Source: Minisyncoccota bacterium (GTDB lineage Bacteria; Patescibacteriota; Minisyncoccia; JAHIHE01; JAGLIN01). From it: 64,000 bases of DNA. The stretch spans positions 63,980 through 127,979 of the forward strand of contig JBAZUT010000004.1 of NCBI GenBank assembly GCA_041661265.1. Reading direction: 5' to 3'. Below the pieces are notes generated by a model, which saw only the letters and a list, made by a program, of their open reading frames with translations, was not told the DNA's origin and ran no database searches. The translations under genes and the position numbers were made by a program. Positions 29,195 to 37,970 of this stretch are shown piece after piece (the stretch's first letter is position 1; every line of letters starts with the position of its first letter).

Positions 29195-29923
29195 ATGTTT
29201 CTACCGCTAACCGGCATCGTTCATCTTGTGAATTCGGCCATGATCTATATGTGCTATTTAAAGCTTAATAAAACATATAAGGACATGCAAATCAAGGATG
29301 AGGCGCTGAAATATCTGCTGTGGTTCATATTATATGTGGATATATTTCAGATTCTTGTCGGGATTGGCCATTTGCCGATATTGTTCGGTATGACGGATAT
29401 TTTTTATTATACATTCAACTTCGGGTATATCGTCGGGCATATTTTCCTTTATATGGCCGAGGCTTATATAGTTCTGGTGCCGATGTACCTATATTTTTCG
29501 AAAAGCGATTTTGAAAAATACGGCGTGAATTATTCCAGGTTTTTGCTGATATTCGGGGCCATCATAACGATCATTAATGTTATGATGCCCACAAATCCCG
29601 TATTTGATGAAAAGACGGGAGTTACTATTTTCAATGTGCCTTCTTTAGTGGCGAATCTTATTCCGATCATAACGATCATATCGGTTGGATTTTCGGGCAT
29701 ACTTTTTTTGGCGAAATCCGTTAAGCTTCAGGGAAGTGCAAAGGTTAAGGCGATAATCTTGGGAGTTGGGATGATCATGATCGTTATCGGGGGACCTATG
29801 CATGAGACTGCAAAGAACATATTCGAGTATTTTTTGGCCGATTTCCTGATCGTAGTCGCATTTTTCATCGTAATGCTGGGAATTTATTACGAGCAGTTCA
29901 GCTCCAAGGTGCAAAAGAAATAA
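29195..29923 (+). CDS. Polytopic membrane protein (about 6-7 TM), no soluble domain; paralogue-like neighbour of 29968..30708.
   Basis: 242 aa, hydrophobic throughout; embedded between signalling genes. Family not recognised. Confidence 0.5.
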   Translation: MFLPLTGIVHLVNSAMIYMCYLKLNKTYKDMQIKDEALKYLLWFILYVDIFQILVGIGHLPILFGMTDIFYYTFNFGYIVGHIFLYMAEAYIVLVPMYLYFSKSDFEKYGVNYSRFLLIFGAIITIINVMMPTNPVFDEKTGVTIFNVPSLVANLIPIITIISVGFSGILFLAKSVKLQGSAKVKAIILGVGMIMIVIGGPMHETAKNIFEYFLADFLIVVAFFIVMLGIYYEQFSSKVQKK

Positions 29924-29967
29924 TGTATCCGAATATTTCCACGATTAAAATAAGGTAGCAAATATTT

Positions 29968-30708
29968 ATGGTCATACCAATCGAAAGCATTGATAAATTA
30001 ATGGCGTTCTCTGTTGATTTTATATGCGGTATCTGGCTTTATTGCGCTTATGTTAAAAAAGGAAGATCGAATGAGAATTTGAAGAGCTTGTTTATTTTCT
30101 TTGTATTGATGTCGGCATATGAACTATTCGCGGCGGCAGGGATGTTGCTTCTGACGCTTGACGTGGCGGAGGTGTCCGTGCCATTGTATAATGCTTCATA
30201 TGTCATAGCGTATTTACTTTTATTTTTCGCATATGCTGAGTTAATATCCGTTGCATTAAGATTATATTTTGAAACGGCGGAATTAGTCATAAATGTCAGG
30301 AAATATTATCAGGCAATTATCGTGATATTCGGCCTTGTAATAATCATTGTAAGCGCTTTCTATCAGGCAAAGCCGTCATTCGATCAAGAAACTTTTTTGA
30401 TCAGTGCGAACCATGATCCGTTTGTTTATAAAATGATGGTGGCGATGATCCTGATCTCAATGTTTCCGTCTTCGCTTCTTCTTGCGGGAAGATCATTTTT
30501 TGCAAAACAAAATACTAGGGCTTATGTGATCATGGGGGCTGGTGTGGGGCTGTCACTTGTCGGGCAGCTATTAAACAATAACCTGCGGAGTATGGTTTAT
30601 GTGATGATTGCCGATGCGGCGGCAATAATAGGATTGATCATGTTATTCTATGGTGCGAATTTGACCGATGTTTTATGCAAACACCAAGTCAATTTAATTA
30701 AGAAATAA
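29968..30708 (+). CDS. Polytopic membrane protein (about 7 TM), no soluble domain.
   Basis: 246 aa; same size and topology class as the preceding gene. Possible 7TM sensor module (inference). Confidence 0.5.
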   Translation: MVIPIESIDKLMAFSVDFICGIWLYCAYVKKGRSNENLKSLFIFFVLMSAYELFAAAGMLLLTLDVAEVSVPLYNASYVIAYLLLFFAYAELISVALRLYFETAELVINVRKYYQAIIVIFGLVIIIVSAFYQAKPSFDQETFLISANHDPFVYKMMVAMILISMFPSSLLLAGRSFFAKQNTRAYVIMGAGVGLSLVGQLLNNNLRSMVYVMIADAAAIIGLIMLFYGANLTDVLCKHQVNLIKK

Positions 30709-30712
30709 GCAT

Positions 30713-31543
30713 ATGAATGAAAAGGTCTTGATAATCAAGGACAGCGAGGGGTGTTCCGAAAGCCTGAAGACGGGACTGGAAAATGAGAATTATGACGTTA
30801 TTGTGTTTGAGGATGGGGAGGGTGTTATGAAGGTGATCAGAGAATACAAACCCCAATTGATAATCCTGTTCGCGCTTTATAATAAGCTTACGGAATATTA
30901 TATCATAAAGGAGAAGCGGGAAATGCTTGATGAGGAGTCCATACCTCTTATGATAGTTACGAATACGGACAGGGGATCAGAGATCGAGGGTGTTTTTCAT
31001 TTCGGAGCCGTAAATTGTATTTTGAAGGGGGATTTTAATGCCAAAGAGATCGTAAATAATGTTAATGAATATTTTATGAGCCATAATACGGATAAAACTA
31101 TGCCAAAAAACAATATGGAAAATAAAACCATCAAAGAGATCGGCGAAGAAGTTAAAAACAAGGGTCTCAGGGTTCTTTTGGTGGAGGATGACGAGTTTCT
31201 GCGCGATATATGCAAGAGGAAACTGGAAATCGAGGGGTTTAATGTTTCAGTCGCGGTTGATGGAGCTCAGGCCCTGAAAAAAGTTGAAGAGGAGGATCCG
31301 CAGATGATACTTCTTGATGTAATTTTGCCGGGATTGGACGGATTTGAGATATTAAAAGCCGTGAAAGCGAATCCCGCAAGGGCAAAAACTCCCGTGATAA
31401 TGCTGACAAATCTTGGACAGACCAGCGAGGTTGAAAAGGGGCTGAGCCTCGGGGCGGATGAATATATTGTGAAGGCGCATTTTACGATCGGAGAGATAAT
31501 CGAAAAGATTAAAACTGTCATGAAGAGAAAGAACATAAAATAA
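30713..31543 (+). CDS. Tandem-receiver protein: degenerate N-terminal pseudo-receiver plus canonical C-terminal REC domain, no output domain.
   Basis: The second half has VEDDE, ILLDVILPGLDG, LTNLG, YIVK. The first half has receiver-like length and secondary-structure pattern but lacks the conserved acidic pocket and phospho-acceptor context. Confidence 0.75.
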   Translation: MNEKVLIIKDSEGCSESLKTGLENENYDVIVFEDGEGVMKVIREYKPQLIILFALYNKLTEYYIIKEKREMLDEESIPLMIVTNTDRGSEIEGVFHFGAVNCILKGDFNAKEIVNNVNEYFMSHNTDKTMPKNNMENKTIKEIGEEVKNKGLRVLLVEDDEFLRDICKRKLEIEGFNVSVAVDGAQALKKVEEEDPQMILLDVILPGLDGFEILKAVKANPARAKTPVIMLTNLGQTSEVEKGLSLGADEYIVKAHFTIGEIIEKIKTVMKRKNIK

Positions 31544-31570
31544 TAGTTCGAATATAAAAAAAGACAGGGG

Positions 31571-32983
31571 TCAAAATCCCTGTTTTTTTATTATTCCTCT
31601 TGCTGCAATGATGCCCGTAGCGGATGCATTGACTATATCCCTTGATAGACCAGCTCCATCTCCTGCGGCAAAAAGATTATTTATGGATGTCTCCATGTTT
31701 GTGTCGACTATCACTTCCATCGAATAGAACTTAACCTCAGGCGCGTACAGAAGCGTTGAATCTGCGGCCACGCCGGGTATGATCTCGTTCAATATCTCGA
31801 GCCCTTCTTTTATATCGGTTACGATACGATGCGGAAGCGCCATGGAGATATCTCCGGGAGTAACGTCTTTCAGCGTATTTCTTACGTGATTGTCCTCGAT
31901 CCTTTTTGCAGTGCTCCTTCTTCCTTTTTTGAGATCGCCCAGTTTCTGGATTATCGGTTTTTTACCGCCGATAGTATTTGCCAGTTTTGCGATCGAGCGC
32001 GCATATTTCAGAGTATTCTCTATTGGTTCGGTCAGTTCGACGTGGACGAGGAAGGCGAAATTCGTGTTCTCGGAGACCTGATTTGTCATCGAATGGCCGT
32101 TCGTCGCCACAAGGTCGTTGTATTCTTCCTTTACGACAAATCCTTTCTCATTCGTGCAAAAGGTCCTGACGAAGTCGTCGAATGTTTTTGTCCGAATGTG
32201 GAATTTCGGGTCGTGATTTATTTTTGTGATCGGGTCCATGGTCACGGCCTGAACTTCAACCCTGACGCCGACATCCGCAGGGGAATATTTTGCCTTAAGG
32301 GAATGCTTGTTTATGATCTCTTCGGTCCAAGATGCTCCGATCCTTCCCGGTGCAATGATGACATATTTGGACCTTATTCTGATCCTCCTTGCCCTGTTTC
32401 CCGCTGTTTTTTCTTTGATGATGACGCCTTCACAGGTCTTTTTTTTCACAATTATGTCGGCCACGCCCGTGTTGAATTTGAAGATCACGCCTCTTCTCTT
32501 CAAGTCTTCGATGAAATGTTTTATGACGACGGGCGCCTGATCCGAGCCGATATGTCTCTGTTTGATCTCTATGAATTTAGCTCCGAACGACGCGGCTTTG
32601 CGCTTCAGGTCCTCAACTTCTTTTCCTTTCGGAATGAACAGACGGTCCGGCGCGCCATATTTCACAAAGATTGTGTCGACAAGATCCACGAGGGTGTTTG
32701 CGTATATCTCGCTTCCTGTCTGCTTTGCCAGGTCTCCTCCGATATCGGGCCTCAAATTGAGAGTGCCGTCGGAGAATGTACCGCTTCCCCCCGCTCCGCT
32801 CATAATGTTGCAGATGCGGCATTTCGCGCACAGATTGCCGTTGTTTTTCATGATACACTTACGTTCATTTATGTCAGGCCCCATGTCTATGACAAGGACT
32901 CTGCATTTTTCAGCAAGCTCGTTTGCTGCAAAGATGCCTCCCGGGCCCGCACCGACTATTATTACGTCGAATTTATCTTCCAT
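31571..32983 (-). CDS. FAD-dependent oxidoreductase (COG2509-type uncharacterised FAD-dependent dehydrogenase).
   Basis: N-terminal dinucleotide-binding VIIVGAGPGGIFAANEL...VLVIDMG, Cys cluster CAKCRIC, C-terminal FAAGDGAGLSRDI FAD motif; 470 aa. Confidence 0.75.
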   Translation of the reverse strand: MEDKFDVIIVGAGPGGIFAANELAEKCRVLVIDMGPDINERKCIMKNNGNLCAKCRICNIMSGAGGSGTFSDGTLNLRPDIGGDLAKQTGSEIYANTLVDLVDTIFVKYGAPDRLFIPKGKEVEDLKRKAASFGAKFIEIKQRHIGSDQAPVVIKHFIEDLKRRGVIFKFNTGVADIIVKKKTCEGVIIKEKTAGNRARRIRIRSKYVIIAPGRIGASWTEEIINKHSLKAKYSPADVGVRVEVQAVTMDPITKINHDPKFHIRTKTFDDFVRTFCTNEKGFVVKEEYNDLVATNGHSMTNQVSENTNFAFLVHVELTEPIENTLKYARSIAKLANTIGGKKPIIQKLGDLKKGRRSTAKRIEDNHVRNTLKDVTPGDISMALPHRIVTDIKEGLEILNEIIPGVAADSTLLYAPEVKFYSMEVIVDTNMETSINNLFAAGDGAGLSRDIVNASATGIIAARGIIKKQGF

Positions 32984-33105
32984 TTATATTCACCTCGATT
33001 TTTAATGAGCATAATAACCCCACAAAGAGCCATTAGCCGACCTAATTATATATTAATTAAAAAAAAGAGCAAGCATTCAGCCCGCTCCGAAACATGCTAA
33101 AAAGA

Positions 33106-33327
33106 TCAATTGTCATTGCCTGTAGCAAGTGTGTCCTTGATCCTGTCATATCCATTAATGTCGAGGGTAACGCTGTTATTGCCAGCGCCGCTATCGCTGA
33201 TATTGAACACAGAATCGTTCATGTCCACAAGAAATCCGGTTATCAGAACAAAGCTGACGATCGTGATCATAATGATCGAAAGGCTTATGAGCGCGTATAT
33301 GTTATTTTTTATCTTGCTGCTGATCAT
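33106..33327 (-). CDS. Small bitopic membrane protein at the distal end of T4P operon 2.
   Basis: 73 aa with one TM (LISLSIIMITIVSFVLITGFL), co-oriented 10 nt downstream of pilO-2; competing + strand ORFs look less coding-like. Tentative. Confidence 0.35.
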   Translation of the reverse strand: MISSKIKNNIYALISLSIIMITIVSFVLITGFLVDMNDSVFNISDSGAGNNSVTLDINGYDRIKDTLATGNDN

Positions 33328-33336
33328 GTCCGGGCG

Positions 33337-33867
33337 TTACTTTTTTAAAAATATCGAAGCTCCGATCGTCATCAGGTCGGGAGCGGCATCGGTGTCCTGA
33401 GAATTTCTGATCTCGATCCTGTTTATTTTCGTAAGATGTGGAAGCTTGGAAAAACCATCGGTAAACCTAGAAAAGAATTCCTTCTTTCCCGAAAAAATTA
33501 CCGTGAAATTAAGTTTGTTCGTATTCGGGCTGAAAGATTCGGGGTTATTATCGAATTTGATCGTATTGCTTCCCCCAAGCTCGAGGGACAGTTTATCAAT
33601 CCTGTCAATGAGATCATCCATATCGTCTATTCCCGGAAACAGACTTCTTGCTTTTGGAAGGCCATCGCTTACTATCGCATAGTCCTTTTTCAGATTAACA
33701 AAATTGCTTTCCCGTTTATCGAGAGAAATAACCATGTTGCGCCTTTGGGAGATCTGGTTGACCTCTGCGGATATTTTGTCTTTCATTACAAAAAGCGCGA
33801 GCGTGGAGGAAATGGCCGCAATAATGACGAAAGCTGAGATCTTTATGATTGGCTTGGATATCGGCAT
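33337..33867 (-). CDS. pilO: PilO-like pilus alignment protein (cluster 2).
   Basis: 176 aa. N-terminal TM, coiled coil, C-terminal domain; follows the PilM-N gene in the same orientation. Confidence 0.65.
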   Translation of the reverse strand: MPISKPIIKISAFVIIAAISSTLALFVMKDKISAEVNQISQRRNMVISLDKRESNFVNLKKDYAIVSDGLPKARSLFPGIDDMDDLIDRIDKLSLELGGSNTIKFDNNPESFSPNTNKLNFTVIFSGKKEFFSRFTDGFSKLPHLTKINRIEIRNSQDTDAAPDLMTIGASIFLKK

Positions 33868-33870
33868 ATG

Positions 33871-35346
33871 TTATTTTATATACATCGTAAGATTGAAATT
33901 TATGTCGCTTTTTTTCGCAATATCCGATGAAGACAGAGAAGCGTTAAAAAAATCATCAGAAGCGGCTACAGTATTCTTGAAATACTTGTATCCTTCCCTG
34001 GATGATGATATTCCGGATATGTTTATCGTTTTTGCCAGGTCGTTTATGCTGATGTTCGAAAAGGATATTCCGGTCGTTGCGAGCCTGTTTATCTTTCCGA
34101 TCAGTTCGGAGTGATCAGTTTGCGACAGGGATCTGATGCTGCTGATATCGGAAATGTATCCGTTAAACTCTTTTGTGTCAGTTTCCATTTTGAGGTATTC
34201 TGCGGATATCGGGACACTGTTCTTTACATTCAGCTGATTTGTGAGGCCGGCTTCAAGCGATGTTATGAATATAAAGAATGCTATGAATATTGAAACGTAG
34301 AAGACCGATAAGGACGATATAAAGAAAAGTATTGATTTCGAAAAAGATATGGCTTTTTGGGTTTCGTACAGGCTTTCGGTCCCGACAGGGAGAAGGCTTA
34401 TTATGGTGTCGTCGCTTCTGGGTATGAAAGCTCTTGCGGCGGCGCCTGCAACAGGAAGCCAGTCGCTGTTTTCAAGGGATTTGATCTTGATACTCGTTTT
34501 TTCAATGGGGATCTGGATCTTCCCTATCTTTTTGATCAGGGCGTCTGTATTGAAACCCTGGCTGACAATAAGCGCTTTTTCTATGCCGATGGATCCGTTC
34601 TTGCTTTCGAAATACAGAGAGAGTGTGACGATCTTCGCTTTAATTACAGTTTTGAGATCGTTCAGGTTTTTTATGGGTTTTCCAGCTGATGCTTCCCGCC
34701 ATGTTTCAAATTGGCTGAAATAGGGCCGCTTGTTTTGATATATCGTGCTGCTTATGCCCTCGTCCGTGAGATGTATCAGGGCAATAGGGGACTCCGGCAG
34801 ATCAATCACTCTTTCCAGGCTGAGGAAGTATGTTTCGAGCGCGATAAGTTCGAATGAACTCGCCTTCAACGCTTCGATATATGCATCGATCAATGTTTTT
34901 TTTGCCAAAGAAACAAGGACCTGTTTTTTGCCGTTGATCTCGCCGACAATCTCCCAGTCAAAATAGCATGAAGACAGCGGGAATGGAAAGCTGTCGGATG
35001 CGTTCGTGGTGATCGCTTCGAGAAGCTGTTCGCTGTCGAGGATCTTCGGGAATTCCAGGATCTTGCTGTATATCCTGTTGGGCGGGATCGTGACCACTGC
35101 GAAGTTTGAAAGAAGTTTTTTCGGAGCGAACGTTTTTTTCAGCTTCTCCAGCGCCACAACCAGTTTTTTCTTGTCCGTGATCTCTCCTGAGGCGATTATG
35201 CCGTCATCGAGCTCAACCTCGGATCTTCCCTTGATGGAGATATTGCCATAAGCGTCCTGCTGCAAATAAAACATCCTCAGTTTCTCGCTGCTTATATCGA
35301 TCCCTACGATCTTTTCTTTTGGAACAAGGAGTTTTATCAGGTTCAT
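33871..35346 (-). CDS. pilM: PilM-PilN fusion protein (actin-like PilM domain plus TM plus PilN-like periplasmic domain).
   Basis: 491 aa. N-terminal PilM-like fold (IVGIDISSEKLRMFYL, ...IALIHLTDEGISSTI...), central TM (ILFFISSLSVFYVSIFIAFFIF), C-terminal about 130-aa periplasmic region. Confidence 0.75.
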   Translation of the reverse strand: MNLIKLLVPKEKIVGIDISSEKLRMFYLQQDAYGNISIKGRSEVELDDGIIASGEITDKKKLVVALEKLKKTFAPKKLLSNFAVVTIPPNRIYSKILEFPKILDSEQLLEAITTNASDSFPFPLSSCYFDWEIVGEINGKKQVLVSLAKKTLIDAYIEALKASSFELIALETYFLSLERVIDLPESPIALIHLTDEGISSTIYQNKRPYFSQFETWREASAGKPIKNLNDLKTVIKAKIVTLSLYFESKNGSIGIEKALIVSQGFNTDALIKKIGKIQIPIEKTSIKIKSLENSDWLPVAGAAARAFIPRSDDTIISLLPVGTESLYETQKAISFSKSILFFISSLSVFYVSIFIAFFIFITSLEAGLTNQLNVKNSVPISAEYLKMETDTKEFNGYISDISSIRSLSQTDHSELIGKINRLATTGISFSNISINDLAKTINISGISSSREGYKYFKNTVAASDDFFNASLSSSDIAKKSDINFNLTMYIK

Positions 35347-35358
35347 CGTTTTGTTTTG

Positions 35359-35778
35359 TTAGAATATCTCTTTTTTGGATAGCAGCGTCAGTCTGCCGTT
35401 GCTGTCCATATCAAAAGATGCTTGAATTTTTTTTGTGTTATTATCAAAAAGTCCGGTACTGGTTATTATGATCTGATTCGGGGGGGGGGAGCTGTCAAAA
35501 TCAATGGTCGCTGTGCCATTATTCAGCTGCAACGTATAGCCGGTATTATAGTTCTTGTCCCGTGCGACCTTTTCCAGCGCATCTCTTATTCCTGCTTCCG
35601 CGATATAGTAGGCGTTAAGCGCATTTTCGTTGTTCCTGATTATCTCGATCTTATTATAGCTTGCCAAGTTCATTGCCAGTCCGATCGCAAGCAGTGCGGC
35701 AGCAAGTATCAGAACAGTCGGAAGCGCGATTGCTCCCTTATCATGCAATGCGGTTTTGTTTGATATAAATTTGGTCAT
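35359..35778 (-). CDS. PilX_N-domain minor pilin / pseudopilin.
   Basis: 139 aa. N-terminal hydrophobic anchor plus ALNAYYIAEAGIRDALEKV (PilX N-terminal-like). Overlaps the upstream pseudopilin gene by 4 nt. Confidence 0.7.
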   Translation of the reverse strand: MTKFISNKTALHDKGAIALPTVLILAAALLAIGLAMNLASYNKIEIIRNNENALNAYYIAEAGIRDALEKVARDKNYNTGYTLQLNNGTATIDFDSSPPPNQIIITSTGLFDNNTKKIQASFDMDSNGRLTLLSKKEIF

Positions 35779-36356
35779 TTTGGTAAAACAGTTGTCTGGC
35801 TTGTTTGTCGATATACATAATCACGTCTTCCGTTATCATTATAGCTTATATTCAGCTTAATTTGAATAGAGCCGGCTATGTTTTTGAAGGTCGGATCATT
35901 CGGAGGATTTGATGCGGAAAGAGTGACTTTCGAGCTTAGAAGGTCCTGAGGCGTGCAGTCGGGGTCGGGGGTGGCGCAATCGATCTTGCACTCGCCCGAT
36001 GCCAGGCAGTTCGCTCCCAAAACACCCAAAGTTCTTTTGAGCGTTCCGTTTTGCGCATCAAATCGGAGCAGTATCTCGCCTGAATTCGATACGATATCCA
36101 AAATGTCTCCATTCGGATTTATATTGACGGAATCGGCTCCTTCCTGGCCTCTTGTGCCATTAACGATATTCTGCATGGCGAATTGAAGATTTTGCTGGAC
36201 CTCGGTTCTTGCCTCGCTTGATCCGGAGTTGATGGCAAAGATGGAAAAAACATTGGCAATGACCATCATGACTCCCGCCAAAAGCCCCATGTAGATGAGG
36301 AGTTCGAGGAGGGAGAATCCACCGCTATACTTATTTTTTATAGTTTTATCGGACAT
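35775..36356 (-). CDS. Prepilin-type minor pilin.
   Basis: YSGG|FSLLELLIYMGLLAGV with Glu+5; 193 aa. Confidence 0.85.
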   Translation of the reverse strand: MSDKTIKNKYSGGFSLLELLIYMGLLAGVMMVIANVFSIFAINSGSSEARTEVQQNLQFAMQNIVNGTRGQEGADSVNINPNGDILDIVSNSGEILLRFDAQNGTLKRTLGVLGANCLASGECKIDCATPDPDCTPQDLLSSKVTLSASNPPNDPTFKNIAGSIQIKLNISYNDNGRRDYVYRQTSQTTVLPK

Positions 36357-36371
36357 AATACTTATAATTTA

Positions 36372-36410
36372 CAATTCTCAATTTCCAATTTCCAATTTCC
36401 AATTTTCAAT
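36372..36410. repeat. Heptanucleotide tandem repeat (CAATTTC, 5 units, 3 perfect) starting 16 nt upstream of the pseudopilin start codon.
   Basis: caattct caatttc caatttc caatttc caatttt, in the 5' UTR/promoter region of the - strand gene 35775..36356. Confidence 0.85.
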
Positions 36411-36683
36411 GAATATTGATTAATTGAAAATTATTCCAGGAATGTAAAATGAAAAAATCAAAGATAAAAATTATGGTGTTTTTGTCTTCAGGCCAAAAAC
36501 AGATCTGAATCAATAAAGGAACCTCTGAAAAACTCCATTTTGTCATTCCTGTGAAAGCAGGAATCCACTATTTAAGCTAAACTTTATTTTACAAAATGTT
36601 ACATTCTGACTGTTTTTCAGACTTTCCTAAAGTTTGAAATCCGAGTTGTCATTTTCATTTTTTATTTAAAATTTACATTTGTT

Positions 36684-37961
36684 TCAGGGTGCCCAATTCA
36701 CGACAACGCTGTCAACTTGCGGATTGTTCGATCCGCTTATGGCGCAGCTCGGATCCGAGCATAGGATGATCTTGTATCGGAAATATTTTTTGTTGTTGTG
36801 ATCGTCATAGCACTTGATCTCCTGAGGGGCGCCGGATGCGTTCTCGTAGTATGTCGTGTCCAGACATCCCAACCCCTGATCGGGTCCGAGGTATGCCCAA
36901 TTGCCGCTGTCGTCACAGGCAGGAGGATTTGTTTTTCCGTTCGGGCAATTCGATGTTGCGAGCTGGAGTCTGACGCCCCCGCCGTTCAAAAGCCCAATCC
37001 ACATTATCGAATTATATGCGGCGCCTTTTGCGGATCCCGTGTCGAAGGTCGAGGATATCGAGTATCCGGTTATCGGATATGTGCCTTGTTCCGCGTGTTC
37101 GTAAGTCAGATAAAGACGGGCGCTCCAGGAGCTGACCGGTTTATCGGAAGTGAAGTGAAATGTATAATCTTTATTGTTGACGATGTCCATGTCGGATAAG
37201 GCATCATATCTTATCATGAATTTTGTCGTGCTTTGCGGACCAAGATCGATCGCATAAGACTTTTTATAGTTCACTGAAGCGCCCGAATTATAGAGACCTG
37301 CCTGAACCGTGCCGGCACCGGAGCCTTTGAAGACGCCGCCAATCTCGACAATCGCGCTTCTCAAAACGGGATTTGTTTCGGGAGCCGAGATCGAAAAATT
37401 TTTGGTGATCACTCCGTTTGCGGCAGTTTTGCTGTTTTCCTGTCCGACAAAGAATTCCGTTGTCTTGAGAAGAGTGCTTTGAACGCTGTCGTATTCATAG
37501 GTCAGGATCAGTTTTGCGGAAAATATGGAGAAATTACCCCCGGTTGCGCTTCCCGTCAGATTCAGGGTATAGGCAGCGGTTGTATTGAAAATTATGGATG
37601 TTGCATCGTAGTTTATATTGAATTCTTGTGCTTTGGTCGAAAGGTCGATCATATATGTTTTTGGATCAGAAGCTATTCCGCCCTGAAGGTCTGTTGTGAT
37701 GCTCTGAGATCCTGAGGTATTATATGAAATTCCGCTAATCTCGATGTGAGCTGTCTTGATCGTGACTGCATTTTCCGGGATCGTAACACTGAATGCGGAA
37801 GAATAGGGGGTTCCTGCCGTTTGAACGGCATTATCTTGTGCGGCAAAAAAAGTCACTGTCTTGGAAACCGTAAGCGCATTCAGTTTTTTTGAATATGAAA
37901 AAAATAGCGTTGTCAGCGGCAAGATCAAAAACATCAAAATAATTTTATTGCGCTTTTTCAT
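36684..37961 (-). CDS. Secreted protein: two copies of a ~125-aa beta-rich domain of unrecognised family plus a C-terminal 8-Cys domain; adhesin-like.
   Basis: Signal peptide MKKRNKIILMFLILPLTTLFFS. Domain copies end AKLILTYEYD and ARLYLTYEHA and share F[FV]AxQ, TIPE/SAPE, LRSAIVEI/KTAHIEI, YTLNL/YTFHF motifs; C-terminal Cys-rich ~130 aa. Confidence 0.7.
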   Translation of the reverse strand: MKKRNKIILMFLILPLTTLFFSYSKKLNALTVSKTVTFFAAQDNAVQTAGTPYSSAFSVTIPENAVTIKTAHIEISGISYNTSGSQSITTDLQGGIASDPKTYMIDLSTKAQEFNINYDATSIIFNTTAAYTLNLTGSATGGNFSIFSAKLILTYEYDSVQSTLLKTTEFFVGQENSKTAANGVITKNFSISAPETNPVLRSAIVEIGGVFKGSGAGTVQAGLYNSGASVNYKKSYAIDLGPQSTTKFMIRYDALSDMDIVNNKDYTFHFTSDKPVSSWSARLYLTYEHAEQGTYPITGYSISSTFDTGSAKGAAYNSIMWIGLLNGGGVRLQLATSNCPNGKTNPPACDDSGNWAYLGPDQGLGCLDTTYYENASGAPQEIKCYDDHNNKKYFRYKIILCSDPSCAISGSNNPQVDSVVVNWAP

Positions 37962-37970
37962 CTGATCGAA

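Noticed and set aside
31829-33100. 423-aa + strand ORF antisense to the FAD-dependent oxidoreductase gene.
   Set aside because: Shadow ORF. The - strand protein has clear dinucleotide-binding and FAD motifs, whereas the antisense translation is low-complexity (Phe/Cys/Asp-rich, no motifs). A long antisense ORF is expected by chance in a stop-poor frame.
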